NCBI GenBank assembly: GCA_026414325.1 | Contig: JAOAJF010000001.1 | Coordinates: 36,090-100,089 of the forward strand | Source of the DNA: Candidatus Micrarchaeota archaeon | Lineage (GTDB): Archaea; Micrarchaeota; Micrarchaeia; Anstonellales; Anstonellaceae | Direction: 5' to 3' | Length of the DNA: 64,000 nucleotides | The notes under the pieces: model-generated | Told to the model about the DNA's origin: nothing | What the model saw: the letters and a program-made list of their open reading frames with translations, nothing else | The model's database searches: none | Shown: piece after piece, positions 1-10,030 of the stretch | How the letters are laid out: each line of letters starts with the position of its first letter | Numbering within the stretch: the stretch's first letter is position 1 | Made by a program: the position numbers and the translations under genes

Positions 1-2
1 CT

Positions 3-1439
3 CAAAGAAGGTTTTTGCTCAGACCAGCAGAACCAGATGTAAAGGACCTAATGCCAAAAAGCCACGAAGGGATTTATCTTGGTAGGACCCAAATATTAAA
101 TGTTCCTGTTTTTTGGGATGCAGAAAATCTAACTAATCCTCACATTGCAGTAGTAGGAATGACCGGCTCTGGAAAATCTTTTTTTATCAAAACTTTTATT
201 ACAAGGGCATTTAAACAATGGGGAACCTCTTCATTAATCTTAGATTGGGCAGGGGAGTACACTCCTTGGGTAGAAAGGGCAGGGGGAGCCGTTTACTCTC
301 CAGGGCAGAATTGTTCTTTAAATGTTTTGGCAATAGATATAAAGACAAAAGGTTCTAAAAAAGAAGCAATTTTTTCAAAAATTCAGCGCCTGCTTTCTTC
401 CTTTACTCTTTTATGTAATCTAAGTACAAAACAACAAGCTCTATTAAAAAAAGTTTTAGAATTAAGCTACAAAAAGAAAAAGAACCCAACGATAGAAGAC
501 CTGTCTTTAATTATTGAAAAATTAAAAAAATCAAATCCAGACTCAGATTATGAGCTTCTTTTATTGCAGATGGAAAAATTCAAATTCAGAACAAAAAATT
601 TGCCTCAAATAAACCTAGACGCTTTAATAAAAAAAGGCTTGGTTTCAGTTGATTTATCCAAATTAGATAGTGAAGAGCACAGATCTTTAATAGCACTTTT
701 AATTTTACAATATGCAAAAGAACAAATGCGCCTAGAAGGACTTTCAAAAGATAAAAAAATAAAACTACTAATAGTGGCGGACGAAGCTTGGAAAATAGCC
801 CAGGATGATCGTTCTGATTTAGTTCAGATACTACGAGAGGGAAGAAAGTATTCTTTTGCTATTATCGTGGCCTCCCAAAATCCTTCTGATATCTCGCCAA
901 CTATTCTGTCCAATGTTGCAACTTTAGCTGTCTTTAGGCTAATGCATGCAGATTTTAGAGACTCGTTACTAAAATCTCTTAATTGCCCAAAAGAAGTTTC
1001 TATTCAAATAGAAAAATTTAAAGTAGGTCAAGCTCTTTTTAGACTAGCTTGGGCAATACCCTCAAACTATGATGGCCCTTTTATTATTTCTAGAATAGAA
1101 GGTGAGGTTTCAACAGATTTTATAATATTGGTGGTGAATGATATGGAAGTTCCAATAGAGCGTGAGACTCTCTCTGCTAAATTGTTCAATTTAGGTTGCT
1201 CAAACTCTCAGATCTCCCAAGTAATAAGTGCATTTGAAGAAAATGACAAAAGGCTAAACGTAGAATTTTTTTGTAGGATTTTACTCTCCTTTGGCTTAAG
1301 CCGTTCTGTAGTATTAAATCTTTTAAGAGATTTTGGTTTGAAAGACGAGCAACTTGTTAACATTTTCTCTCGACTAGAAGCAAGCGCATTAAATGTTCCT
1401 CCATCAAAATTAGCAAACCTGGTGATTAAAGATGAGTGA
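3..1439 (+). CDS. VirB4/HerA/FtsK-superfamily P-loop ATPase (DUF87-like), probably 5'-truncated by the window edge
   Basis: NPHIAVVGMTGSGKS (Walker A), ILDWAGEY, IVADEAW (Walker B), LREGRKY arginine-finger motif, VASQNPSD; frame is open from position 3. Confidence 0.85.
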   Translation, partial: QRRFLLRPAEPDVKDLMPKSHEGIYLGRTQILNVPVFWDAENLTNPHIAVVGMTGSGKSFFIKTFITRAFKQWGTSSLILDWAGEYTPWVERAGGAVYSPGQNCSLNVLAIDIKTKGSKKEAIFSKIQRLLSSFTLLCNLSTKQQALLKKVLELSYKKKKNPTIEDLSLIIEKLKKSNPDSDYELLLLQMEKFKFRTKNLPQINLDALIKKGLVSVDLSKLDSEEHRSLIALLILQYAKEQMRLEGLSKDKKIKLLIVADEAWKIAQDDRSDLVQILREGRKYSFAIIVASQNPSDISPTILSNVATLAVFRLMHADFRDSLLKSLNCPKEVSIQIEKFKVGQALFRLAWAIPSNYDGPFIISRIEGEVSTDFIILVVNDMEVPIERETLSAKLFNLGCSNSQISQVISAFEENDKRLNVEFFCRILLSFGLSRSVVLNLLRDFGLKDEQLVNIFSRLEASALNVPPSKLANLVIKDE

Positions 1440-2133
1440 AACTAATCAAACAAAATTTTTATTTCCAATCTCATTTCAAAAAACACCTTCTCAATGGGCA
1501 AAAAGCTTGGCAAATTTAGGCTTTTCAAAAATTTCTCAAACAAACACTGACTTAACTTTGTATTATACTTTAGCAGAAGATGCACATGGTGCAGAATATG
1601 AATCAATTCGAATAAAAATAACAAAAAATTCCTTAGAGCTTGAAATATTAGGAGAGCCAAAAAACTTTGTTAAAAGAAAGTTAGAAGGCTTAAAACTCAG
1701 CCTTTTAGTTATCTCGATATTAAAAGAAGAGGAGCAATATTCTAAACTCTTTGCAGCTGTAGTTTCTTTAATAGAAGAGGCAACTGCTCTTATAGACTTT
1801 AAATCTATTTTAGTATTAGAAGAAAATAATAAATTAAAAGAAGAAAACAACAACTTAAATAAAAAATTGCAAATTGCTTTAGCAGAAAAAGAAAATCTAA
1901 CAAAACAACTTATGCAGCATAGCATTAAAATTTCTGAGCTAAATACAAGATTACAAAAATTGCTAGAAATCCCAGATGAAGTAATCCAGGATGAATTGCT
2001 CGAATGGCTCAAGGCCCATAATGGGGAAATAAATATATCCGAATTTTGCATTCGCTATTCTTGTAATCCTCAACGAGCTTTAGAAAATCTTGACAAATTA
2101 GCAAAAATGGGAAAAATTAGTAGGGTGCAATAA
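1432..2133 (+). CDS. Hypothetical protein with a central coiled coil and C-terminal winged-helix-like domain
   Basis: Overlaps the ATPase stop, GGTGA SD upstream; heptad segment LEENNKLKEENNNLNKKLQ; C-term INISEFCIRYSCNPQRALENLDKLAKMGKI. Confidence 0.6.
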   Translation: MSETNQTKFLFPISFQKTPSQWAKSLANLGFSKISQTNTDLTLYYTLAEDAHGAEYESIRIKITKNSLELEILGEPKNFVKRKLEGLKLSLLVISILKEEEQYSKLFAAVVSLIEEATALIDFKSILVLEENNKLKEENNNLNKKLQIALAEKENLTKQLMQHSIKISELNTRLQKLLEIPDEVIQDELLEWLKAHNGEINISEFCIRYSCNPQRALENLDKLAKMGKISRVQ

Positions 2134-2316
2134 ATGAAAAAAAAGCTAAGAAGGGTAGTGGTGCATTCTGAAAAAAGAAAAGAAAAAGAGGAAAAAACCA
2201 TTTACAAATTTATTGTAAAAGACCCAACCTTAACTAAATACAAGTTTGTTGTTCACTCTCCATTTAGCATAGAGTCTTTAATAAAAAGAATAAATTATCT
2301 TATAAAAAAACAATAA
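2134..2316 (+). CDS. Small basic hypothetical protein
   Basis: 60-aa ORF exactly filling the gap between co-oriented genes. Confidence 0.4.
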   Translation: MKKKLRRVVVHSEKRKEKEEKTIYKFIVKDPTLTKYKFVVHSPFSIESLIKRINYLIKKQ

Positions 2317-2328
2317 AAGGTATTTTCA

Positions 2329-3912
2329 ATGGCAGCGATAAAGATTTTAGTACAAGAGCTAAAGGCTCTCTCTTCTTTAAACGAAAAAGAATTGGAAGAG
2401 ATTTTAAGTTCTATAGGAGTTCCTATAGAATCTAAAACAACTACTGAATGGGAGCTAGAAATTACTCCAAACAGACCAGATCTGCTTTCTGTAGAGGGAT
2501 TAGCAAGGGCTTGTTATTGCTTTAAGTATTCTAAATTAAAACCTTATAGAGCTATTCAATCAGATTTAAATTTATTTGTAGACAGCTCTACTAAAAATGT
2601 AAGGCCCTATATTGGTGGTGCTCTAATAAAAAACTTAAAATTAGACCAAAACTTTCTAAACTCTTTAATTCAACTTCAGGAAAAAATCCACCAAACTCTT
2701 GGTCGAAAAAGAAAAAAAGTAGCAATAGGTCTTCATGATATTTCAAAAGCCCAACCACCATTTTTTTATTATGCTACTAGTTCAGACATAAAATTTGTTC
2801 CTTTAGGTTTTGATAGAGAGCTTTCTTGTTCTCAAATACTAACAGAGCATCCAAAAGGCCAAGAATATGGCCATCTAATAAAAGGAAAGTATCCAATCTT
2901 AGAAGATAGTAAAAAAAATGTTTTATCTTTTCCACCTATAATTAATGGTGAATTTAGTAAAGTAAGTTTAGATACTCACACACTTTTTATAGACTGTACC
3001 GGAACTGATGAAAAAACAATTTTATTTGTTGTAAATATTCTTTGTGCTGTTTTTGCAGATAGAGGCGCACAGGTTTATCAAATAAAAATAAACAAAAAAC
3101 CCTATCCTTTATTTAAAGAATTAAAAACAAAATACAACTTTAATTTTTCAAATAAGATTTTAGGACTTAACCTCAGCCTAAAAAAACACAAATCCTTGCT
3201 TCTTAAAATGGGCCACAAATTACAAAAAAATTTTGTTCTTTCCCCTTCATTTAGAGCTGATATTTTAGATACAATCGATATTGTAGAAGATTTGGCGATA
3301 GCTTATGGTTATAATAACTTTAAACCAACATTGCCGGACTTTTTTTCTATTGGCCAAGAAGAAAAAAATTATGACTGGCTTGCTCAATTGCTTGTAGGGG
3401 CAGGATTTTTAGAGGTCTGTAGTTGGATATTAACTAATAAAAATGTTTTACATAAAGCAGAATGTAGCAAAGCTTATGTAGAGGTTTCCAATCCACTTAC
3501 AGAAGAATTTTCAACTTTAAGAAATTGGCTTTATCCAAACTTTTTAGAAATCTTTTCTATTTCAAAATCCTCAAAAATGCCTCAAAAAATTTTTGAAATT
3601 GGCCCAGTATTTATCCAAGAAGAGAACAAAATAATACAAAAAACAAATTGTTGCTTTGCAATTTGTTCTCCAAAAGCAAATCTTACTGAATTGATCTCTA
3701 CTCTAAAATCAATATTTAGTTTAGTAAATTTAGACTATAAATTAGAAAAGACTTCTAATGAAACTTTTATTGAAGGTAGAATTGGAAAAATTCTTATAAA
3801 TAAAAAACCAGTTGGGCTAATTGGTGAAATTCACCCAAAAATCTTGGAAAATTTTTCAATCGAGCAACCAGTAGTAGTATGCGAATTTTGCTTAGATGAG
3901 TTAAACCTTTAA
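2329..3912 (+). CDS. pheT: Phenylalanine--tRNA ligase beta subunit (archaeal type)
   Basis: EITPNRPDLLSVEGLARA, RKRKKVAIGLHD, SFPPIING, RADIL..DIVEDLAIAYGYNN, GEIHP. Confidence 0.96.
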   Translation: MAAIKILVQELKALSSLNEKELEEILSSIGVPIESKTTTEWELEITPNRPDLLSVEGLARACYCFKYSKLKPYRAIQSDLNLFVDSSTKNVRPYIGGALIKNLKLDQNFLNSLIQLQEKIHQTLGRKRKKVAIGLHDISKAQPPFFYYATSSDIKFVPLGFDRELSCSQILTEHPKGQEYGHLIKGKYPILEDSKKNVLSFPPIINGEFSKVSLDTHTLFIDCTGTDEKTILFVVNILCAVFADRGAQVYQIKINKKPYPLFKELKTKYNFNFSNKILGLNLSLKKHKSLLLKMGHKLQKNFVLSPSFRADILDTIDIVEDLAIAYGYNNFKPTLPDFFSIGQEEKNYDWLAQLLVGAGFLEVCSWILTNKNVLHKAECSKAYVEVSNPLTEEFSTLRNWLYPNFLEIFSISKSSKMPQKIFEIGPVFIQEENKIIQKTNCCFAICSPKANLTELISTLKSIFSLVNLDYKLEKTSNETFIEGRIGKILINKKPVGLIGEIHPKILENFSIEQPVVVCEFCLDELNL

Positions 3913-3956
3913 TTTAGTATTATTTTTAAAGCCTTCTTTATAATATATTTTTACAT

Positions 3957-4031
3957 GCTCCGATAGTCTAGCCCGGTCAAGGACGCCGGCCTTTCAAGCC
4001 GGTAACCCGGGTTCAAATCCCGGTCGGAGCG
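3957..4031 (+). tRNA. tRNA-Glu (TTC), no intron, CCA not encoded
   Basis: GCTCCGA/TCGGAGC acceptor stem, anticodon arm CCGGC-CT-TTC-AA-GCCGG, GGTTCAAATCC T-loop; TTTTTAAA box upstream. Confidence 0.96.
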
Positions 4032-4040
4032 TTTTATTTT

Positions 4041-4625
4041 CTATTTTTTAAAAAGCTCCTTTTTTATTTGCTCAAAAATAGTTTTTTTATCCTCTTGAGC
4101 GTCAAGTTTTACCCATTTTTTAGAATAAAAATTCATTTTATAGAGCAATTCATAATTTTGTTCTATTTTGTTTAATTTTTCTAAATCTTTTTCAAATCTA
4201 TCTGGAAGTTTATTTTTTAGTTTTCTTTGAATAGCAACTTGTGGATTTATACTAAGCCAAAAAACATAATCTGGTTTAATCATTTTTAAGGATTTTATAT
4301 ACTCTATTCTTTTTTCAATACTCTTTTCTACTGATTGATAAGCAATTGTAGAAAAAAAGTATCTGTCAGAAATTACCCAACCTTTATTCAAACATTCTAA
4401 AATTCTTGGCTGCTGGCTTTCTATATCTTTCAAATATTCAAAAAAAGCCTCATCTTCGTCCAATTCTATTTTTTGTGTTAAAAATTCTCTAATTTTTTTA
4501 GCCTTTTTTGTTGGATATTTAAAAACAAAAAATTTTTCCTTTTGTTTTTTTAATTCATTTTTTAGCAGCTGCAGCTGAGTGCCTTTGCCAGACCCATCTA
4601 TTCCTTCAAATACTACAAATACCAT
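4041..4625 (-). CDS. tmk: Thymidylate kinase
   Basis: FEGIDGSGKGTQ P-loop, ISDRYFFSTIAYQ, DRFE; start moved to the Met of MVFVVFEG. Confidence 0.93.
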   Translation of the reverse strand: MVFVVFEGIDGSGKGTQLQLLKNELKKQKEKFFVFKYPTKKAKKIREFLTQKIELDEDEAFFEYLKDIESQQPRILECLNKGWVISDRYFFSTIAYQSVEKSIEKRIEYIKSLKMIKPDYVFWLSINPQVAIQRKLKNKLPDRFEKDLEKLNKIEQNYELLYKMNFYSKKWVKLDAQEDKKTIFEQIKKELFKK

Positions 4626-4703
4626 ACTTTTTTTATTAGCAAGAGTCTTTATAAATAATTCTAAAAGCATAATCTTTTTTATCTAATTTTTTATTTTATT
4701 TAT

Positions 4704-5765
4704 ATGCTTAATTATGAACTTTTAGAACAAAAATTAACAAAGCTCTGTCTTAGTGCTATACAATTGGCAAAAGCTTATCCAAACTCTAAAACTTTCTATC
4801 TTCAGACACACATTGATAAAAGTCTGGTGGCTAAATTGGAAGAGCCTGAACAAACACCTATTGAAAAATTCATGGCATTAAAAAATTTATTAAACCAAAA
4901 GGCTTTAGAAATTTTTAAAAAAAATTCTGATTTGGTTTTAGATCAGCAGGACCCACAACTTCTTATTTCTTTAGACTTATCAAATGATAAACTAACGCTA
5001 AAACATTCTAATGTTTATATTTATTTTAATTATCTAAAAAAATCAAGAGAATATGCTCAACATATCTGGGCTTGCAGCTCTTGTAAGGGAAAAGGCTGTC
5101 AGAAATGTAATTTCAAAAAAGAAAAATACCCCTCAGTAGAATCTGTTTTAAGAGAAGTTTTTATAAAAGAATTTAAAGCCTCAGATGTTATTTTACATTC
5201 TTCTGGAAGAGAGGATGTGGATGTTTTAACATTAGGTAATGGAAGGCCAGCAGTGCTTGAAATAGTTTCTCCTTTGCTTGAGCCAGAAAAAATAGACTTA
5301 AATAAAATTTGTTTAAAAATAAAAGAAAATTATCCTATCGAGCTTTTAGAGCCAAGATTTGTAAAAAAGTTTTGGGTAGAAGCTATTTGTACTTCTCATT
5401 TTAACAAAGAATATCTTGCAGTAGTTTATTGCCAAAAAAGAGCTTTAGAACTTTCTGACTTTGAAAAATTAAAATCAAAACTTCCAATCTGCTTGCATCA
5501 AAGAACTCCTCTTAGAGTGTTAAAAAGGCGTTCAGATATTGTAAGAAAAAGATATATTCTGGATTTAACTTTAGAAAAAATTTTAGATGGTAAGTTAGTA
5601 ATTAGAATCTATGCTGAGGCTGGAACTTACATAAAAGAATTTGTGAGTGGGGATGAAGGGCGAACCAAACCATCTATTAGCTCTATTTTAGAACTTCCTT
5701 GTATCTGCCAAGAGCTTACACTAATTAAAGTCGATGATTTTTTTGTAAAAACTCTAAAATTATAA
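4704..5765 (+). CDS. pus10: tRNA pseudouridine(54/55) synthase Pus10
   Basis: CSSCKGKGCQKC zinc motif, HSSGREDVDV catalytic motif, QRTPLRV, GTYIKEFVSGDEGRTKPS. Confidence 0.93.
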   Translation: MLNYELLEQKLTKLCLSAIQLAKAYPNSKTFYLQTHIDKSLVAKLEEPEQTPIEKFMALKNLLNQKALEIFKKNSDLVLDQQDPQLLISLDLSNDKLTLKHSNVYIYFNYLKKSREYAQHIWACSSCKGKGCQKCNFKKEKYPSVESVLREVFIKEFKASDVILHSSGREDVDVLTLGNGRPAVLEIVSPLLEPEKIDLNKICLKIKENYPIELLEPRFVKKFWVEAICTSHFNKEYLAVVYCQKRALELSDFEKLKSKLPICLHQRTPLRVLKRRSDIVRKRYILDLTLEKILDGKLVIRIYAEAGTYIKEFVSGDEGRTKPSISSILELPCICQELTLIKVDDFFVKTLKL

Positions 5766-6647
5766 AATATTGCTCAAAAGAGTTAGTAGGTCTCCAAACA
5801 AAATTCCAAATATTAGTCCAAGTAAAATATGTGGCACAAACGGGGGGAGATTTTTATAAAGAGCAATCTTTTTTCCTTTAATTGCTTTCATTTTTTGGTA
5901 TTGCTCCTTTGTTACTAGTCTTTTTAGATCATATTTTTTTACAAGTTCTTGATCCATTTTTTCTACAGCAATCATATCCTCTGGTTCTACATTTTTAACA
6001 TCAACAAATTCTATCATTGCATCGTGTATCACATTCTTAAATAGAGTATAATAAGCTATAAAAATAACCATTAAACTTATTGCAATAATGTAGGCTGGTC
6101 CAACTAAAGCCAAAATCTCTATTCTGCTGCTAATAACATACAAAAAGACTAAATAGCTAAGTAATACCAAAAACGCACTCAAGGCGTTCTTTCTTTCAAT
6201 TTTATTAATATTTTTTATAACTGCTGTTAAGGTATACAAAAAAACATAGAGAATAAAACTAATTGAAGCAAAAACAAATACATTAAAAATAAATGGTAAT
6301 ATGAAAAATCCACTAACAATCAAAAACATTTTTGGCTGATAAGGCAAAACCATAGTGATTGAGCTAAGAATGTAGCCATCTGCCCCACCAATCTGGCCTG
6401 CTCTATACAAAAAATAAAAAATTATAAAAACTAAAACACCAAAAATAGTAGCTGAAAAAAAATTTTGTAAATCAAGTAAATTTACTAAAAACGAAATAGC
6501 CAAAAATCCATACAAAATATTAGTTGGTATGTTTTTTTTATTAAAAATATCATAATAAGCTGCTATTGTAGTTCCAACCAAAGCAATTATTATTCTTAAT
6601 AATTCAAACTGCATCTCTTGCCCAGTAAAAAAACCAAAAAGTTCCAT
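5760..6647 (-). CDS. A24-family prepilin/prearchaellin peptidase
   Basis: Multi-pass membrane protein with AYYD and GQIGGAD aspartate motifs; C-term LPPFVPHILLG. Confidence 0.85.
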   Translation of the reverse strand: MELFGFFTGQEMQFELLRIIIALVGTTIAAYYDIFNKKNIPTNILYGFLAISFLVNLLDLQNFFSATIFGVLVFIIFYFLYRAGQIGGADGYILSSITMVLPYQPKMFLIVSGFFILPFIFNVFVFASISFILYVFLYTLTAVIKNINKIERKNALSAFLVLLSYLVFLYVISSRIEILALVGPAYIIAISLMVIFIAYYTLFKNVIHDAMIEFVDVKNVEPEDMIAVEKMDQELVKKYDLKRLVTKEQYQKMKAIKGKKIALYKNLPPFVPHILLGLIFGILFGDLLTLLSNIL

Positions 6648-6715
6648 ATTTTGTTTTTTTCTTTACTTTTTAAAAATTTATCTTTATTTCTATCTTAATT
6701 TTATTTCTTGCCTTT

Positions 6716-9253
6716 TTAGTCAAACTGAAAAAGCCCTTTTTGGTTTCCACCAAGTTTTAAATCATCAGCATTTATTCCCAATTCTTTTAATATTCTTAAA
6801 ACTGCAGGAATAACCTGGTGGTTAATATAATATTCTGAGTCATAGTTTTTTGCATATTCTACTGTTTCTGCTTTTAGAGAAATGTTTGTTAAAGAGCTTT
6901 TTTTAGTTTGAGCTTGTTTTAGCCTTTTGCAATTTTTAAATAAATCCTCTGGAGCATTCAAATCTTTTGTAATCACAAATCTAATTATCGAGCCTCTTGT
7001 AAGTTTTTCTCCCTTTGTTTTTCTATTGAATTTTAGTGCAGCAACAAGCTCAGGAGACTTTGCTTCATAATCTTCTAAATTTTTTGTTAATTGTGTTTCT
7101 ATAATCATTTTTTCAATAGGAACTTTGTTTTCTCTTATTTGTTTAATTGTTTCTTTTACAACATCAATAGCCTTTTGTTGAGAACCTTCCTTTAGTATCG
7201 CCTCTAGAACTTTTTTTTGCGTCTCTTTTGCAATGATTGCCCAATCTCTTCTCACAAGTTCAAAGCCCCTGATCTTAATTCCACCATTCTCGTCTAATAG
7301 TGCATATTTTTTCTTTGCCCCAGTATACTCTTCCTTTTTTTCAATTTTTTTGGATACAAAAACACCTCGAGGATAATATGCTTCCAGCTCCAGCTCCATA
7401 GTGCCTGGCAAAGAAGAATTATATTTTTCCATCCAATTTAAAGCATCTTGCTTTGTTTTATTATTTAATAACAAAAACACAGAATCTGTATCCGCATATA
7501 AAACTTCAAAACCATTTTTTTGAGCATCCTCTATAGTTTTATTTATAAAATATCTTCCCCATGCAGTTATAGATTGAGCACAAGCCCTCGAATAGTACCT
7601 GCTTCTAGCAAAAGCCAAATATCCATAATAAGAATTTGCCAATATTTTTAATGACTGCTGTCTTGCCCATATCGTTTTATATTCTGTACTAGCCGGCTGA
7701 AGTTTTTTTAGCATATTCTTAAGCTCAGAGCGAGCATTAAGAATTTTTTCTAAAATGTAGGGTATTATTCCTTTTGGCTCTTTTAAAAATTTTACTCCAA
7801 TTGGGCTAACATAGTACTCTCCTTCTTTATATTTATGCTCCTCTTCTTTTGCTATTATAGTAAATGGGTCAATATTGTGTGAAATAATAATCGAGGGATA
7901 TAATCCTCTAAAATCAAACACCATTATTTTTTCATAAATTCCTGGATTTGGGGTTTTTACAAATGCTCCTTCAATTGGGTTTAATGCTCTCTCTCTAGCA
8001 GTCTGCTCATCTGGCTTATTTGGAACCACTTCGTTTCTTTTTGTAGCATGGTGCAATATCAAAGATTCTATAAGTTGAGAAGAAGTTGCTCCGATTGTAT
8101 CTGAAAGAGGCAAACATGTAACCTTAGACAATTCTACTTCTAAAGGTAATATTTTTTTTGTTATTTCCAAAGTAGCTCTTGCATCAAATAAAGAATATTC
8201 AAAAAGTTTGTCTAAGTTTTTTTCTTCATCCCAAATTTTATAAATTTCGAGGCGGTCTATCTCCTTTTTCCATTCACTTTCTTGTACTATACTTTGGTAG
8301 GCAGTTTCAAGAGTATAACGATTTAATTTATATGTACCAATAAAAGAAAAAAATCTTAAAACTGGATAGAGGTCAATATGAACTCTACCATTTATTAAAA
8401 TTTTCTGATATTGCCCTCTTTTATCTATTCTTATAGAAGTTCCATCTTTAGCAATATCTAGCTTGATATTGTGTTTTTTTGCTCTTTCTATTATATAGGG
8501 AATATCAAAATTTGCAGAATTAAACCCAACTAAAACTTCTGGGTCAAGTTCTTTTATTATTTTTACAAAATTCTCTATAATCTCTTTTTCATTTTCAAAA
8601 ACTTTAACATAAGGCAATGAGCTTTTTTTATAGCTAAGAACTTCCCCTTTTTCTATATTATTTTCTTCATCTAAAAAATAATACGAGATCATAAGGATTG
8701 GGTCCTTATCTGGTCTGGGCATACCCTGAGGATTATATGTTTCAATATCTAAAGCAATAATTCTTAGCTTTGTGTCTTTTTCTTCAAATCCTAAAATTTC
8801 TTTTATCCATCTGCCCTCTCTTTTGTATTTTATTTTGTAAAAAGGGCCAAGTCCTTTATCTATAAGATATCTTCTTCCAAACAAGATATCGTATTCGTAT
8901 TTTTCATAAGTTTTTATCAACTCTCTAAAAATCGGAACATCTGAAGGGTATTTAAAATAAACTTTTAGCAATTCTTTTTCTTTTCCTTTTACTATTTTTT
9001 TCACTTGTTCAATTTTTATAGGTTTTATTTCTCTACCTTTTTGTATTGTTTTTAGTGCAAGTATTTTTTGTGCTTCTGAATAAGGAGCATCTACATAAAA
9101 ATAAGGAAGATATTTATCATACAAATAAAATGTTTTTTTTGCTTTTAGTAAAAGCCTAACAATAGTTTCATCGTTTTTTATAATATAATCTGTATCAAGC
9201 AAAATAGCACTTTTAATTTTTATTTTTTTTTCACTATTTTTTTCCATAAGCAC
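6716..9253 (-). CDS. polB: Family B DNA polymerase (PolB3-type) with proofreading exonuclease
   Basis: ExoI DIETY, ExoII FNSANFD, ExoIII YSLFD; DFRGLYPSII, KILANSYYG, YADTDS; C-terminal PIP box QKGLFQF. Confidence 0.96.
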   Translation of the reverse strand: MLMEKNSEKKIKIKSAILLDTDYIIKNDETIVRLLLKAKKTFYLYDKYLPYFYVDAPYSEAQKILALKTIQKGREIKPIKIEQVKKIVKGKEKELLKVYFKYPSDVPIFRELIKTYEKYEYDILFGRRYLIDKGLGPFYKIKYKREGRWIKEILGFEEKDTKLRIIALDIETYNPQGMPRPDKDPILMISYYFLDEENNIEKGEVLSYKKSSLPYVKVFENEKEIIENFVKIIKELDPEVLVGFNSANFDIPYIIERAKKHNIKLDIAKDGTSIRIDKRGQYQKILINGRVHIDLYPVLRFFSFIGTYKLNRYTLETAYQSIVQESEWKKEIDRLEIYKIWDEEKNLDKLFEYSLFDARATLEITKKILPLEVELSKVTCLPLSDTIGATSSQLIESLILHHATKRNEVVPNKPDEQTARERALNPIEGAFVKTPNPGIYEKIMVFDFRGLYPSIIISHNIDPFTIIAKEEEHKYKEGEYYVSPIGVKFLKEPKGIIPYILEKILNARSELKNMLKKLQPASTEYKTIWARQQSLKILANSYYGYLAFARSRYYSRACAQSITAWGRYFINKTIEDAQKNGFEVLYADTDSVFLLLNNKTKQDALNWMEKYNSSLPGTMELELEAYYPRGVFVSKKIEKKEEYTGAKKKYALLDENGGIKIRGFELVRRDWAIIAKETQKKVLEAILKEGSQQKAIDVVKETIKQIRENKVPIEKMIIETQLTKNLEDYEAKSPELVAALKFNRKTKGEKLTRGSIIRFVITKDLNAPEDLFKNCKRLKQAQTKKSSLTNISLKAETVEYAKNYDSEYYINHQVIPAVLRILKELGINADDLKLGGNQKGLFQFD

Positions 9254-9266
9254 TATCTATTAAAAA

Positions 9267-9836
9267 TTATTTTTGTTCTTTTTGGCTCATTTTTACAATG
9301 TCTTCTAAAGTAAGATATGCTTCTTCTTTTTGAGGCTGTGTTCTAAATTTTTCCTCCTTTTTTCCTTCTTTTTTTGCTTGCTTTTTCTGTACTTTGGCCT
9401 TTGATGAATAAGCAATTATCTTTTTATAAATCTCATCCAGCTCTCCAATTATATTTCCAAGCTTCTTTTTTATCTCGTTCTTTCTACTTATTTGTTCTTT
9501 AAGCTCTGCTTTCAATTTTTTTATAGCTTCCCATTCCTCTTTATTTTTCATATTCTCTTCTAGCTCTTTTTTTAGCTGCTCGATTTTTTTAATCGCTTCT
9601 TTTTCCTGTGCAGCAGTAAAAGCAGAAGTTGAAATATAAAATTCTAATTTTTCAATTTTCTTTGCTATTAAGTCTGGATCTGCTTTTTTATCAGAAGGAG
9701 TTTTTCTTTGCAATTCCTCTCGAAGTTTTTTTATTTGGAGGTTAACTTTTCTAAGCTCTTTTAAGATCTCTATTTTTTGCTTTGTTTTATTTTCCATTTC
9801 TTCTTTTAGTGCCTTTATATCTTCCATACTAATCAT
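9267..9836 (-). CDS. Archaeal coiled-coil protein
   Basis: K/E heptads around IEKLEFYISTSAFTAAQEKEAIKKI; C-term LTLEDI. Confidence 0.65.
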   Translation of the reverse strand: MISMEDIKALKEEMENKTKQKIEILKELRKVNLQIKKLREELQRKTPSDKKADPDLIAKKIEKLEFYISTSAFTAAQEKEAIKKIEQLKKELEENMKNKEEWEAIKKLKAELKEQISRKNEIKKKLGNIIGELDEIYKKIIAYSSKAKVQKKQAKKEGKKEEKFRTQPQKEEAYLTLEDIVKMSQKEQK

Positions 9837-9953
9837 CTAATTTGGATATTCTTGTTATGAACCAAAAAATTTATAAATAAAATTCAATTTCAGTTTTTTT
9901 TAATATATTTTTATGTAGAAATTTTTATAAAGGTAGCCTTCCTTATTTATATT

Positions 9954-10030
9954 GCCTATCCGTCTTTTGCCCACTTTTGTGGGGTCTGGTCGCCTTGCCG
10001 GTGTCGCTATTTCTTCTTGACGCCGGCATA
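9954..10030 (+). ncRNA. Candidate unclassified structured small RNA
   Basis: GC-rich island in an AT-rich intergenic region; hairpins CCCAC-TTTT-GTGGG and TGCCGGTGTC/GACGCCGGCA (one G-U pair); TTTATAAA at 9924-9931. Confidence 0.5.

Noticed and set aside
6716..9253. Intein in, or inactivation of, PolB
   Set aside because: Length is normal, all exonuclease and polymerase catalytic acidic residues are present, and no intein motifs are seen
9943..10029. 28-codon minus-strand ORF MPASRRNSDTGKATRPHKSGQKTDRQYK over the GC-rich element
   Set aside because: No SD, GC-rich codons unlike the rest of the genome, and the stem pairing favours a + strand RNA; not formally excluded
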